Source of the DNA: Candidatus Bathyarchaeota archaeon
Lineage (GTDB): Archaea > Thermoproteota > Bathyarchaeia > Bathyarchaeales > Bathycorpusculaceae
NCBI GenBank assembly: GCA_963815095.1
Contig: CAWFFH010000003.1
Location: forward strand, 1,344,001-1,408,000
Direction: 5' to 3'
DNA length: 64,000 bases
Below the pieces are notes generated by a model that had not been told where the DNA came from, did no database searches, and saw nothing but the letters and a program-made list of their open reading frames with translations. Positions 1 through 9,472 of this stretch are shown here, one piece after another (the first letter of the stretch is position 1; each line of letters opens with the position of its first letter). The position numbers and the translations under genes are program-made.

Positions 1-338
1 ATTCGCTTCGCCTGCTCAACCGGACTCAACCCCTCAAGCTGCCTCATCAACTGCAACCGCTCCTCCTCAGAAGCAGCACGGGCACAACGCTCAAACCTAC
101 GCTTAATCGTCTCCCCCAGCTTCACCAAATCACGCTCCACCGTGCGAGTGCTAACCCCCAACTCCGATGCAATCCTACCAGTACCCCAATCCTTCAACCA
201 CAAATCCAAAACCCTCATTCGACGGGTCTTCTCACGCTTCGTCTGCGACGGACTTTTTATGTACTCGTTTATGCGTCGGTACTCTGCTCTGCGTTTGATG
301 TTACTGTGTTTATTTGTATCAAAAACTCTCCCAGACAC
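1..338 (-). CDS. Helix-turn-helix protein, partial (runs off the left edge; absent from the ORF track)
   Basis: Manual translation from GTG 338 gives MSGRVFDTNKHSNIKRRAEY...WGTGRIASELGVSTRTVERDLVKLG..., open to base 1; GGAGGTG RBS at 346-352. Confidence 0.7.
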   Translation of the reverse strand, partial: MSGRVFDTNKHSNIKRRAEYRRINEYIKSPSQTKREKTRRMRVLDLWLKDWGTGRIASELGVSTRTVERDLVKLGETIKRRFERCARAASEEERLQLMRQLEGLSPVEQAKR

Positions 339-671
339 GACAAAACACCTCCAAAACAGGCCAAAACACGCCAAAAAACGACAAAATATGCAACCGAAAA
401 AACCCCAAAAACAACCTCTTCACCAAAAACCACCCCAAACCAGCCATATCACCCACACCTAAACCCCATTTGCAACGTGCATATTCATCTTAAATTGGAA
501 CAATCCGCCATATTTCACCAAACAAAATATAACACTTCACATATCAAAACACAACTTTTTGTCGCACACAAAAAACCCAAAAAAAAACACATTTACCCAA
601 CCAAAATCGCCAAAATGGCAATCAGGCCCTTTGTTTCATCACCAATAAGTGCTGTTTGTATTGGAAACTGG

Positions 672-1010
672 CTATTCCTCTTCTAATAGCTTCTGAAGCA
701 GTACCTTGATAGGTGGTAACTCAAAATTTGCAGTATCCCACATTTCCTTGAATTCTACCTTGGGATATTCGTGTGCAATAAAATTACGTGCCAGCTTCAT
801 TCTTGCCCATGGAATTTGTCGATATTTTAGTTTAATTTCCAATGGAACCAATTTTACGTTTTCCCCTATAAGAATTAGATTCATTGATACGGCTTTTACC
901 GCCATTTTATTTTCCAAAAAACCCTCATAAGTTAAGCCTTTCGTAAATTCCTCAATTTCACAAATACACTCAAGGATCTGATTCACATAGACCCGAAAGT
1001 CCTTTTTCAT
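672..1010 (-). CDS. HEPN (DUF86) RNase toxin of an MNT-HEPN pair
   Basis: Rx4H motif RNFIAHEY and IPW motif; overlaps the upstream MNT gene. Confidence 0.85.
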   Translation of the reverse strand: MKKDFRVYVNQILECICEIEEFTKGLTYEGFLENKMAVKAVSMNLILIGENVKLVPLEIKLKYRQIPWARMKLARNFIAHEYPKVEFKEMWDTANFELPPIKVLLQKLLEEE

Positions 1011-1300
1011 ACCTGCACAGTCTCACTCAATATTTGCTCTTTTATCATAGGAAGCAGAGCGCCTTTTTGAACCAAATCTACTTTCACACCTAACTTTTTC
1101 TTTATGAAACCCTCAACCTCAATAAATCGATAAATACCAATTGGCTCTGAAAACGTGACCAAAAGGTCTAAGTCGCTTTTTTCCGTTTGTTCCCCGCGAG
1201 AATAGGATCCGAATATGCCGATGGTTTCAACCTTGTAACAGGCCTCAAGCATCGGTTTGATGGCTTCAAGTTTAGATTTGATCTCTTCAAGAGTCTTCAT
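1007..1300 (-). CDS. Minimal nucleotidyltransferase (MNT) antitoxin
   Basis: FGSYSRGEQTEKSDLDLLV (GSx10DxD) and KVDLV; probable start ATG 1300 (MKTLEEIK). Confidence 0.85.
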   Translation of the reverse strand: MKTLEEIKSKLEAIKPMLEACYKVETIGIFGSYSRGEQTEKSDLDLLVTFSEPIGIYRFIEVEGFIKKKLGVKVDLVQKGALLPMIKEQILSETVQV

Positions 1301-1728
1301 TCTCTTCGTTCCTGTTACATAAGTAAAACCAATATCGAATATTTGTTTTTCTTCTTTTTTTCTCAGATTGATACCTTTATGTTGGTCATTTTGTACTGCG
1401 TTGCTTCGCAAAATCCTACCTCAAATCTTATGCGTGCGTTAGCACAATGCGGATTCTTTTGTTAGGCACACCGAGTAAAACAAAGAGAAAGCTTAGGAAT
1501 TTCTAAGTTCATGCTGGCTTGTTGCCGAGAAAACCAATAAATAAAACCACAGAAACATAAAAGCTGCATTGCAATAACAACAGACGCCCAAATGCAATAG
1601 AAAACTCTTAGCAATCAATGACGCTACAATTAAGGAATATAGTATTTTGCGAGAGCTACAAGTTCAGAGAATATTTATATTAGGCTTCATTGTTTAACTG
1701 CAAGGAAAAACCAAAGGATTAGAGCAAC

Positions 1729-2193
1729 TTGACGACTCCTCATGACGTTCCAGCTTCAAAATTTATCGCTCGTTTAGCAAAGTACCTTAGGGAAAACGTT
1801 GACGAAGTTCAACCTCTCCCATGGTCAGCCTTCGCCAAAACAGGCAACCACGTACAAAATCAGCCACAAGACCCCAACTGGTGGTATACAAGAAGCGCAT
1901 CCATTCTACGCAAAGTATACATTCACGGCCCAATCGGGCTAGAAAAGCTGCGTGCTGATTACGGCGGAAGAAAAAATAGAGGCAGCAAACCTAACCGAGT
2001 CGTGAAAGCAGGCGGAAGCGACATCCGCAAAGTTTTACAGCAACTTGAAACTGCAGGTTTAATTCAGATTTCAAAACCTAAAGGAAGAGTAATGAGTCCA
2101 AAAGGACGCAAACTACTCCAAGAAGTAGCGGGAGACTTATCAAAAGAAATAGTTAAAACTCTCCCTGAGCTCAAGAAATATCAAGGCGAATAG
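1729..2193 (+). CDS. rps19e: 30S ribosomal protein S19e
   Basis: WWYTRSASILRKVY and YGGRKNRG motifs; conserved archaeal gene order. Confidence 0.95.
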   Translation: MTTPHDVPASKFIARLAKYLRENVDEVQPLPWSAFAKTGNHVQNQPQDPNWWYTRSASILRKVYIHGPIGLEKLRADYGGRKNRGSKPNRVVKAGGSDIRKVLQQLETAGLIQISKPKGRVMSPKGRKLLQEVAGDLSKEIVKTLPELKKYQGE

Positions 2194-2531
2194 TGACAAT
2201 GTCAGATGACGAGCTTGACCAAATTCGCAAACGAAAACTTTTGTCGATGCAGAACCGTCGCATGAGTGACGAGCAAAGGCAAGCTCAAGCAGAACAACAG
2301 ATGGAAGAACAAAAACAGGCGTTAATGGCAAAGATATTGTCGCCTGAAGCTCGGCAAAGGCTAAATAACCTGAAAATGGTTAAAAAAGAATTCGCCGAGA
2401 ACATTGAGATGCAACTCATTGAGATGGCGCAAACAGGAAAGTTGCCCATACCACTCTCAGATGCACAACTCAAACAGATCCTAGTTCAGCTTCAATCAAG
2501 GAAGCGAGAGACACAAATCAGAAGGATATAG
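2193..2531 (+). CDS. PDCD5-like DNA-binding protein
   Basis: DDELDQIRKRKL and ILSPEARQRLNNLKMVK; directly follows S19e. Confidence 0.9.
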   Translation: MTMSDDELDQIRKRKLLSMQNRRMSDEQRQAQAEQQMEEQKQALMAKILSPEARQRLNNLKMVKKEFAENIEMQLIEMAQTGKLPIPLSDAQLKQILVQLQSRKRETQIRRI

Positions 2532-2534
2532 AAG

Positions 2535-2693
2535 ATGGCAAGAGTTAAACCAATAGGAAAAAAACTCAGATTAGCCAAAGCTGGCAAAGAATCACAGTCA
2601 GTTCCAACATGGGTAATTGCCAGAACTGACGGAAAAGTTAGAAATAACCCTAAGCAGAGACGCAACTGGAGAACTAGAAAGATAAAGGCATAG
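2535..2693 (+). CDS. rpl39e: 50S ribosomal protein L39e (52 aa; below the ORF-track cutoff)
   Basis: Manual translation MARVKPIGKKLRLAKAGKESQSVPTWVIARTDGKVRNNPKQRRNWRTRKIKA; lies just before L31e. Confidence 0.92.
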   Translation: MARVKPIGKKLRLAKAGKESQSVPTWVIARTDGKVRNNPKQRRNWRTRKIKA

Positions 2694-2707
2694 GAGAATA
2701 GGAAGCC

Positions 2708-3187
2708 ATGGCAAAAGAAACCAAAGTTAACCAAGCAACAAAACAAGAAGAAGTAGAAGAATTAGCTGTTTTGCCAGAAGAAGAAGCTGGAACAGAGATG
2801 GCTGCAGAGCAAGCTCCGGTTGAAGAAAAAGCGCCCGAAGAAGAAGCTGTTGCAGAAGCTAAGCCTAAGAAAAAGAAGAAAGAAGAAGAAATTGTTGAAG
2901 AAAGATTCTATACAATTCCCCTGTCAAGAGCTCTGGTTCGTCCACCAAAGAAACGTGCTCCCCGTGCTATGCAACTTGTCAAAATCTTTGTCACCAAGCA
3001 CATGAAGCTTGCCATGAAGGTTTCTGAAGAAGAGGAAGAAGAAGAATTACCTCAGCTCATCATTAGCAAAGAAGTTAATGAAAAAATTTGGGACCGAGGA
3101 ATCGAGAAGCCTCCACGCAAGATCAAAACGCGCGTGACCAAAGACAGAGACGGTAATGTTACTGTCTACTTAGCAGAAACACAATAA
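2708..3187 (+). CDS. rpl31e: 50S ribosomal protein L31e with a long acidic N-terminal extension
   Basis: ERFYTIPL...KRAPRAM...VNEKIWDRGIEKPPRKIKTRV. Confidence 0.9.
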   Translation: MAKETKVNQATKQEEVEELAVLPEEEAGTEMAAEQAPVEEKAPEEEAVAEAKPKKKKKEEEIVEERFYTIPLSRALVRPPKKRAPRAMQLVKIFVTKHMKLAMKVSEEEEEEELPQLIISKEVNEKIWDRGIEKPPRKIKTRVTKDRDGNVTVYLAETQ

Positions 3188-3240
3188 CTGTTTCTTTTAA
3201 TTTTTTGTTTTATTTTAGTTTGCTTATCTTTTTAGGCTTT
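3188..3240 (+). terminator. T-rich archaeal terminator-like tract after rpl31e
   Basis: Multiple oligo-T runs directly after the stop codon. Confidence 0.45.
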
Positions 3241-3432
3241 CTCTATTATTGAGCAATTATTTTTAGCTGCTCATGTGATGAAAAGCGCCAATTCGATTTA
3301 CCCTCTTAGGATTTCAAGAAGGTTTTCGACTTGGTTTTCTAAATATTTTTGATGCTATATTAACCGCAATCTAAAAAAAGGAGTATCGCATGAAACTTTC
3401 GCTAATAGAACATTCATCAGGAGATTTAATTC

Positions 3433-4116
3433 TTGACCGTTTACTTATCAAGCATCGTTGGAAGCGCAAGTATTGGTGTATACGCGTTGGCAACTGAGAA
3501 CATAGTTTTGATTCCGAGGATGGTGCCTCGGGAAAAAGCCCAAGAGTTCGCGGATTGGCTAAAAGTGAAGCTTGCCTACACATCCATTTCTGGTTCAGTT
3601 TTGGCTGGTTCATTGGTTTGTGCAAACTCTGGCGGTATGTTGGTTTCACATGCTATTCGAGAAGAAGAGTTAGCCGCGTTAAAATCGGTTTTCGAGGGGA
3701 ACATTACTGTTATGGATTCTAAGAAAACTGCTTATGGCAACCTAATTTTAACTAACGATAAAGGCGCAATCGTCGATCCAAGGTTTAAAGAAACTGAAAT
3801 TAAAAAAATCTCTCAAGCCCTAGGCGTGGAAGTTGTATCCACAGAAATCGCTGGTTTACCATACGTCGGTTCTTTAGCAGTAGCTACCAACAAAGGTGTA
3901 CTTGCGCATCCTCTCTTGAAAGATGAGGAGAAGAAAATTTTGGAAAATATCTTCAAAGTTCCCGTTGACGTTGGCACAGTAAACTGTGGAGTCCCATATG
4001 TTGGCACAGGTTTGTTGGCGAATAGTCACGCCGCTGTTGCTGGTTCTATGACAACTGGACCCGAGATGTTTATAATTGGGAACGCACTGGATGTTGTGCA
4101 GGAAGAAGAAAAATGA
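3433..4116 (+). CDS. eif6: Translation initiation factor 6 (aIF6)
   Basis: GNLILTNDKGA, GTVNCG and TTGPE motifs; synteny. Confidence 0.93.
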   Translation: MTVYLSSIVGSASIGVYALATENIVLIPRMVPREKAQEFADWLKVKLAYTSISGSVLAGSLVCANSGGMLVSHAIREEELAALKSVFEGNITVMDSKKTAYGNLILTNDKGAIVDPRFKETEIKKISQALGVEVVSTEIAGLPYVGSLAVATNKGVLAHPLLKDEEKKILENIFKVPVDVGTVNCGVPYVGTGLLANSHAAVAGSMTTGPEMFIIGNALDVVQEEEK

Positions 4117-4340
4117 AAGCTTACAAAGTAACAGGCCAAATCAACAAGCCCAGACTAAAGACTCCATTTGTTAGAGAACTCTTAGCCGACAAAACCGAAC
4201 ACGCCGTTGAGAGAGTTTACGCTGAAATCGGCAGCCGTCACCGCGTAAAACGCCACCACATCAAAATCACAAGCTCCGAAGAGATTACGGTAGACCAAAT
4301 TGAGAATCCTATCTTGAAAAAGATTGTAAGTGGGGCATAG
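4113..4340 (+). CDS. rplX: 50S ribosomal protein LX (L18Ae/eL20)
   Basis: AVERVYAEIGSRHRVKR; lies between aIF6 and prefoldin. Confidence 0.88.
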   Translation: MKAYKVTGQINKPRLKTPFVRELLADKTEHAVERVYAEIGSRHRVKRHHIKITSSEEITVDQIENPILKKIVSGA

Positions 4341-4343
4341 TTC

Positions 4344-4784
4344 TTGGCGCAGAGAGCTCAAGCTGAAGAGGAACTTCGTAGACTCAGCATGGAAATGCGT
4401 TACCTAGAACAAACTGCAGATGCTCTGCAGCAACGCATAAGCATGGTAAATGCAGCACTCACCGACATAAACTACGCAAACATGACCTTAGACGGCATGG
4501 AAAAAGAAAAAGAAAACTCAGAGTTACTGATTCCAATCGGCGGAAGCTCTTACGTTAAAGTGAAACTTGCTGACCCAAACAAAGTAATTGTGGGCATGGG
4601 TTCAGGCGTTTCAGTCGAGAAAACCCTACCTGAAGCTAAAGCAGCTCTTAAAGAACGGTTGGATGAGTTGGAGAAAACCATGCATGCATCTCAACAACAG
4701 TTCAGTCAAGTTGCTGAGCGAATAAACTCGGGCAGAGGAAGACTTGAAAACCTGCTTGCCAGCGCGCGACAAGGGACACAGTAG
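4344..4784 (+). CDS. pfdA: Prefoldin alpha subunit
   Basis: Coiled coils flanking ELLIPIGGSSYVK...VIVGMGSGVSVEK. Confidence 0.92.
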   Translation: MAQRAQAEEELRRLSMEMRYLEQTADALQQRISMVNAALTDINYANMTLDGMEKEKENSELLIPIGGSSYVKVKLADPNKVIVGMGSGVSVEKTLPEAKAALKERLDELEKTMHASQQQFSQVAERINSGRGRLENLLASARQGTQ

Positions 4785-4788
4785 TTCA

Positions 4789-5694
4789 ATGTTTGAGAAA
4801 CTCAAGTCTGGTTTTAAAGGCTTAGTAAATAAGGTAACCACAACTGAGCTTAAATCAGAAAATCTAACTCCTATTTTATCGGATTTTAAAATGAGTTTAG
4901 CAGAGAACGATGTTGCTTTTCCAGTGGCAGACAAAATCTGTGATGAACTGGAAAAACGTTTGGCAGGGGTTCAGGTTAAACGTTTAGACGATCGCAAAAA
5001 AATCGTTGAAGACAACCTTCGACAAGTCCTTTTAGATGTCATGTTAACTAACGTACGAATTGATCTTCTAAATTTAGCAGAGGAGAAACGTAAGAAAAAG
5101 GAACCGTTTGTTTTGATGTTTGTTGGCATCAATGGCACAGGAAAAACCACAACCATCGCTAAGGTTGCCCAGTTTATGCGAGACAAAAGCTATTCAGTTT
5201 TGCTTGCTGCTGCTGACACTTATCGAGCCGGCTCCATCGAGCAGTTAGAGGAACACGGTAAACGTTTAGGTATGCGTGTTGTTAAAAGCATCTACGGCGG
5301 CGATCCAGCAGCAGTCGCCTTTGATGCTGTAAGTCACGCAAAAGCACATGGCATAAACATTGTTTTGATTGACACCGCAGGTAGAATGCAGACCAACCAG
5401 AACTTGATGAATGAACTTGTTAAAATTAAACGCGTTGTGCATCCTGACTTGACAGTTTTCGTGGTTGATTCGCTAATTGGAAACGATGCAGTTATGCAGG
5501 CGGAAGAATTCAACAAAGCAATTGGTGTTGATGCAACCATTCTCACTAAAGTGGATGCTGACGTAAAAGGCGGCTCAGCATTAAGTGTAACTTTTGTGAC
5601 CCAAAAACCGATTCTGTTTATAGGCGTGGGGCAAACCTACAAGGATCTGGAACTGTTTAACCCAGAAAAATTCGTCAATATGGTTCTACGATAG
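4789..5694 (+). CDS. ftsY: Signal recognition particle receptor FtsY (NG domain only)
   Basis: GINGTGKTTT, DTYRAG, DTAGR and TKVDAD; probable start ATG 4789 (MFEKLK). Confidence 0.95.
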   Translation: MFEKLKSGFKGLVNKVTTTELKSENLTPILSDFKMSLAENDVAFPVADKICDELEKRLAGVQVKRLDDRKKIVEDNLRQVLLDVMLTNVRIDLLNLAEEKRKKKEPFVLMFVGINGTGKTTTIAKVAQFMRDKSYSVLLAAADTYRAGSIEQLEEHGKRLGMRVVKSIYGGDPAAVAFDAVSHAKAHGINIVLIDTAGRMQTNQNLMNELVKIKRVVHPDLTVFVVDSLIGNDAVMQAEEFNKAIGVDATILTKVDADVKGGSALSVTFVTQKPILFIGVGQTYKDLELFNPEKFVNMVLR

Positions 5695-5695
5695 C

Positions 5696-6055
5696 TCAAG
5701 GTTCTTCAATAGCATCTAAATCAAAGCGTATTTTGCTTGGGTAAACCCAGTAGGCTTTGATGAAATCTTCCATGGCTTGGTCGACGTCTAAACTGTCAAA
5801 GAAATTAAAGAATTCCTTATCAATTCCCTCGAGACTCTTGGAAGTATAAACTTTCAGGTATGCCAAATATTCCTTTCCAAGATTCAATTCTTGCATAGGA
5901 ATGCTTTCTTGAACATTTACTGCAAAGGTCAAATTAGTTAAAACATCAAGTACGGCTGCTTTGCGGACGGTTTCATTTTTTGTTTTTACCACAATTAGCC
6001 GTTGTTCGTTTTTCCTATAGTTCCAATCGGGTTCCTGATTTAATGAAGCTGACAA
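5696..6055 (-). CDS. Hypothetical protein
   Basis: 119-aa ORF filling the intergenic space; no recognised motif. Confidence 0.6.
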   Translation of the reverse strand: MSASLNQEPDWNYRKNEQRLIVVKTKNETVRKAAVLDVLTNLTFAVNVQESIPMQELNLGKEYLAYLKVYTSKSLEGIDKEFFNFFDSLDVDQAMEDFIKAYWVYPSKIRFDLDAIEEP

Positions 6056-6096
6056 ATAAAATCCTCAAAAAATAAAGTGCAGCGAACTATTTTATG

Positions 6097-6402
6097 TTAC
6101 TTCTTGAGTTCCACAACTAAAAGTTCAATCGTGGACTTACCTATGTTTTCTGCTTCATGTGACTGAGCCTTGAGGAAGATTGCGTCTTTTTCCTTTAGGT
6201 CTAAAACATCGGTTTTGCCCTCGGAGGTCAACTTCATTTTGCCACCTTCAAGCACGTAAACTACGTGGTCGGGGTGATGATGCATAACCGCTTTCTCGCC
6301 AACCTTAAAAGTAACATCGAATACTCGAACGCGGTCATTTTCCATCTTTAACTTGTAAACGTTACCTGCAACGTCTAAAGGATCGGGCATGTTTTTGGAC
6401 AT
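6097..6402 (-). CDS. Cupin-domain protein
   Basis: ENDRVRV...MHHHPDHVVYV...HEAENIG; probable start ATG 6402. Confidence 0.8.
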   Translation of the reverse strand: MSKNMPDPLDVAGNVYKLKMENDRVRVFDVTFKVGEKAVMHHHPDHVVYVLEGGKMKLTSEGKTDVLDLKEKDAIFLKAQSHEAENIGKSTIELLVVELKK

Positions 6403-6570
6403 AAAATAATTCACCAAAATCAACTCAGCTTCTAAAGCAATTAAGTCTATGTGGTAACGAACAGACAATCACAAAACAAGAATCACAGATAATTGAAGGT
6501 TGAAAAACCAAAATCGCCTACCTCTATTGGTCTAGGCGAAAATATTCTGTAGGATCTTCGTTGGTTGGCG

Positions 6571-6789
6571 TTAAGGTTTGGATTCGTCTTTTTTCCATTT
6601 TGCAGTATCGCGCAAATTTTGGATTGGCGAATCTTCTGTGAAACCTTGAGTAGCTTGGGTTTTTTGCTTGTACTTTTGTTCTGCCAGCTTCGCTTGGCCT
6701 TCTTTGCTGCTTAACTCAACGCTGTTTCCAAGTTTGTAGATTGTTCTACCAATCCTGCGTTCTCCTCTTGTAGCGGTGCATCTTCCCAT
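6571..6789 (-). CDS. Small hypothetical protein
   Basis: 72-aa ORF with a GGTGA-like RBS upstream. Confidence 0.45.
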   Translation of the reverse strand: MGRCTATRGERRIGRTIYKLGNSVELSSKEGQAKLAEQKYKQKTQATQGFTEDSPIQNLRDTAKWKKDESKP

Positions 6790-6803
6790 TTTAGCTCACC
6801 AAA

Positions 6804-7280
6804 ATGATAAACATTAAAGTTAAAAAACCCTTCCAACCTAATACTCTAGTGGTCATGATATTTTTGAACAAGTTAGAAGTAACGACAATAACCCAAAAAG
6901 TCATAATCCCAAAAGCCTCCCCAAAACAAGTCTACGAAGCCTTCGTTGATCCCAAAATACACAGCGAATTCACAGACAGCAAAGCCACCGGCAAACCAGT
7001 CGTTGGCGGCAAATTCACCGCATGGGACGGATACATATCAGGAAAGTTTCTTGAGCTTGAAGAAGGAAAAAAAGTGGTTCAAGAGTGGTCTTCAACAGAT
7101 TTTCCAGAAGGTGCTTCTCCTTCAAGGTTGGAGTTGACTTTTTGTGCGGTGCCCAAGGGAACGGAAATCGTGATGGTGCACTCGAATGTTCCTAAGGACC
7201 AAGAAGCTGAGACTGCTGAGGGATGGACAGAATTCTACTGGGAACCGTTGAAGGAATACTTCAAGAGAACTCAGAAGTAA
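6804..7280 (+). CDS. SRPBCC/AHSA1-like ligand-binding domain protein
   Basis: GGKFTAWDG...VVQEW...GWTEFYWEPLKEYF. Confidence 0.8.
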   Translation: MINIKVKKPFQPNTLVVMIFLNKLEVTTITQKVIIPKASPKQVYEAFVDPKIHSEFTDSKATGKPVVGGKFTAWDGYISGKFLELEEGKKVVQEWSSTDFPEGASPSRLELTFCAVPKGTEIVMVHSNVPKDQEAETAEGWTEFYWEPLKEYFKRTQK

Positions 7281-7287
7281 CATTGAT

Positions 7288-8781
7288 TTATTCTGCGGTG
7301 CTCGTTGTAAATTTCTTTTCATCTTTTTTGCAAAGATCCCTAACGAGATTACGCCCCATCAAACATACCGTGTTCAATCCGATTGTACCTCCAGCCCACT
7401 GTCCAACCATGTAGAAATTCTGCAGCCCCGGCAACGTTTTACTCACGCCGTTTTTGGTTACATCTTTTTGGTATTCCTTCGGTGCACCATAGGCTTGGCA
7501 ACCGCGGTACGCGGCGGTCCAATGCTCAGCAGAGATTGGCGTAACTACATCTGTGGCTTCTATTTTACTGTGGAATCCAGAAAACCGCTCTTCCAGTCGT
7601 TCCGCAATTTGGTCGGCAACTTTCTGTTTTTCAACACGGTATTTTTCCGCATCAAGAGATAACGGTTTCCAATAATCATAGTTTGAATCCAATACAACTT
7701 TTATGACGGTTTTGCCTTCAGGCGCAAGCGATTGGTCAAAGTTGAAGACTTCTATATCAAGCCTGTCCCGTTCAGTTCCTTCTATGGATACGGGTTTATC
7801 GAGGAAACGCACTATTGAATGAGGTTCCCCCGAGAATTTCATGTTAACTCCGTACCAGACTTCAAGTCCGAAAGGTTGAGTTTTTGGGTAAGCTTTGTAG
7901 TACGCATTGATTTTATCACTTACGTATTTTCCTTCCAGCATGCCAAAAATCGTGGAATACCCATCAGCTGCAGAAACAACAACATCCCCAAAATGCTCAC
8001 TGCCATCCCCAAGAACAACCCCAACAGCAGCACCATCTTTAACAATTATCTTCTCAACTTTAGAACGATAAGCAAACTCTCCTCCAAGACCTAAATAACG
8101 CTGCTCAATATTTCTAGAGAGAGCCATAGAGCCTCCGATTGGCCATCCACCATCTCCATTGTTTAGGGTAGCTAAGAAAATCAGAGCGATTACAGTAGGT
8201 GCCTCCGGGATATCGTATTGGATTGTTGCGAAAGCCCTTCGCAGGAAGGGGTCAGCGAATTGTTCTGCATAGTCTCTTAGGGTTACTTTGCTGTACTTTA
8301 TCAAAGCCCCCATTAGAGGGAGCATTTTTAGTTTCGTTCCAATGCCACCTGACATAGCCGCAAATAAATCGTAACCGCTAAACCTTTTCGCCGCTTTGAT
8401 GAATTCATCCACGCGTTTCTCGTCTGCTGGCGAGAAAGATTTTAGATGTTGCCTAAGTTTTTCGAGGTCCGTGTGGACAGTTAAAACTTTGCCAGTTGGG
8501 TCCTCCACTTGAACGAACTCTTTGAAACTATGGATTCTTAAACCTTTAAGTGCGCCAAGTTCCCGCCACATATGATTATTTACTGAATTCGGGGTGACTC
8601 CGAAAACATTGTGGACGGCATAGTCAAAAGTGTAGCCTTTGCGTTTCCATGAAACACAAACTCCACCCGGTTTTTCTTGCATCTCAAAAATCTTGGTTTT
8701 GTAACCGTTCATTTGAGCATAGCAGCCTGTCGCTAAACCTGCCAGCCCTGCCCCGATTATTACTATGGATTTGCTAGACAT
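7288..8781 (-). CDS. FAD-dependent oxidoreductase, phytoene-dehydrogenase-like family
   Basis: IIGAGLAGL Rossmann motif, EKPGG, and C-terminal LQNFYMVGQW. Confidence 0.8.
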   Translation of the reverse strand: MSSKSIVIIGAGLAGLATGCYAQMNGYKTKIFEMQEKPGGVCVSWKRKGYTFDYAVHNVFGVTPNSVNNHMWRELGALKGLRIHSFKEFVQVEDPTGKVLTVHTDLEKLRQHLKSFSPADEKRVDEFIKAAKRFSGYDLFAAMSGGIGTKLKMLPLMGALIKYSKVTLRDYAEQFADPFLRRAFATIQYDIPEAPTVIALIFLATLNNGDGGWPIGGSMALSRNIEQRYLGLGGEFAYRSKVEKIIVKDGAAVGVVLGDGSEHFGDVVVSAADGYSTIFGMLEGKYVSDKINAYYKAYPKTQPFGLEVWYGVNMKFSGEPHSIVRFLDKPVSIEGTERDRLDIEVFNFDQSLAPEGKTVIKVVLDSNYDYWKPLSLDAEKYRVEKQKVADQIAERLEERFSGFHSKIEATDVVTPISAEHWTAAYRGCQAYGAPKEYQKDVTKNGVSKTLPGLQNFYMVGQWAGGTIGLNTVCLMGRNLVRDLCKKDEKKFTTSTAE

Positions 8782-8866
8782 CTTAAATCCTTGCCAATCT
8801 AAAATTCAGCAATTAGCGTTAAATATTTTCCCAAAGTCAAGTCGACACAGAGTTATTTCCATAGAA

Positions 8867-9079
8867 TTATTTTTTTATGGACGATTCTCTGATGGTTCCA
8901 ACTATAGTTTGCACCGTTTCTTCACAAACCTCAGGTTTCCAAGTGCAAATGCCCTCAATAATCTCATCAAGATAATGTGCCAACTCTTCACTTTTCACTT
9001 CTTTAGCACAATCAACCTTGTAGACGATTTCATCTTTTTTTCGGCTCACAACTATATTAACCAAAACGTTTTCATCCAT
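8867..9079 (-). CDS. Small acidic hypothetical protein
   Basis: 70-aa ORF with ATG start, co-oriented with its neighbours. Confidence 0.5.
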   Translation of the reverse strand: MDENVLVNIVVSRKKDEIVYKVDCAKEVKSEELAHYLDEIIEGICTWKPEVCEETVQTIVGTIRESSIKK

Positions 9080-9146
9080 ACCTATTCAGCCTTAATGCTA
9101 CTTAATGCACTTTAAATTTAAGCTTTCTTTTACCCCCAACAGACTA

Positions 9147-9371
9147 CTATATCCTGTTGAAGTATTCAAGCGGGGCATACCAAAGAATCGTAATTCGTTT
9201 TTTGCACTCGGGATTCTGGCAATTGTACCTTTTTTTCAAAATATTTTCATGATAACTTTTCGGTATCGGTTTAGTAAGGGAAAATGCAGAGTGAAGCGGG
9301 TCAGGTGGCTCAACTTCGAGGATTTCATAACAGTAGGGGCATTCAAGAGTTGCCATTGCGACATCCTCCAA
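9147..9371 (-). CDS. Small zinc-ribbon protein
   Basis: CPYC ... CQNPEC cysteine pairs. Confidence 0.6.
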   Translation of the reverse strand: MEDVAMATLECPYCYEILEVEPPDPLHSAFSLTKPIPKSYHENILKKRYNCQNPECKKRITILWYAPLEYFNRI

Positions 9372-9472
9372 TTAACAATAGGCGCTCTAAACTAAAAAAA
9401 CTTGCCATCCTATCCCAAAAAACTAAAAGCTTTAAATTATCTATTAATTCAAAAACTTGTGGTAACAGTAAG

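Noticed and set aside
142-686. Plus-strand ORFs 142-462 and 306-686
   Set aside because: Low-complexity K/P/Q/T translations of C/A-skewed DNA; the opposite strand carries the credible HTH gene
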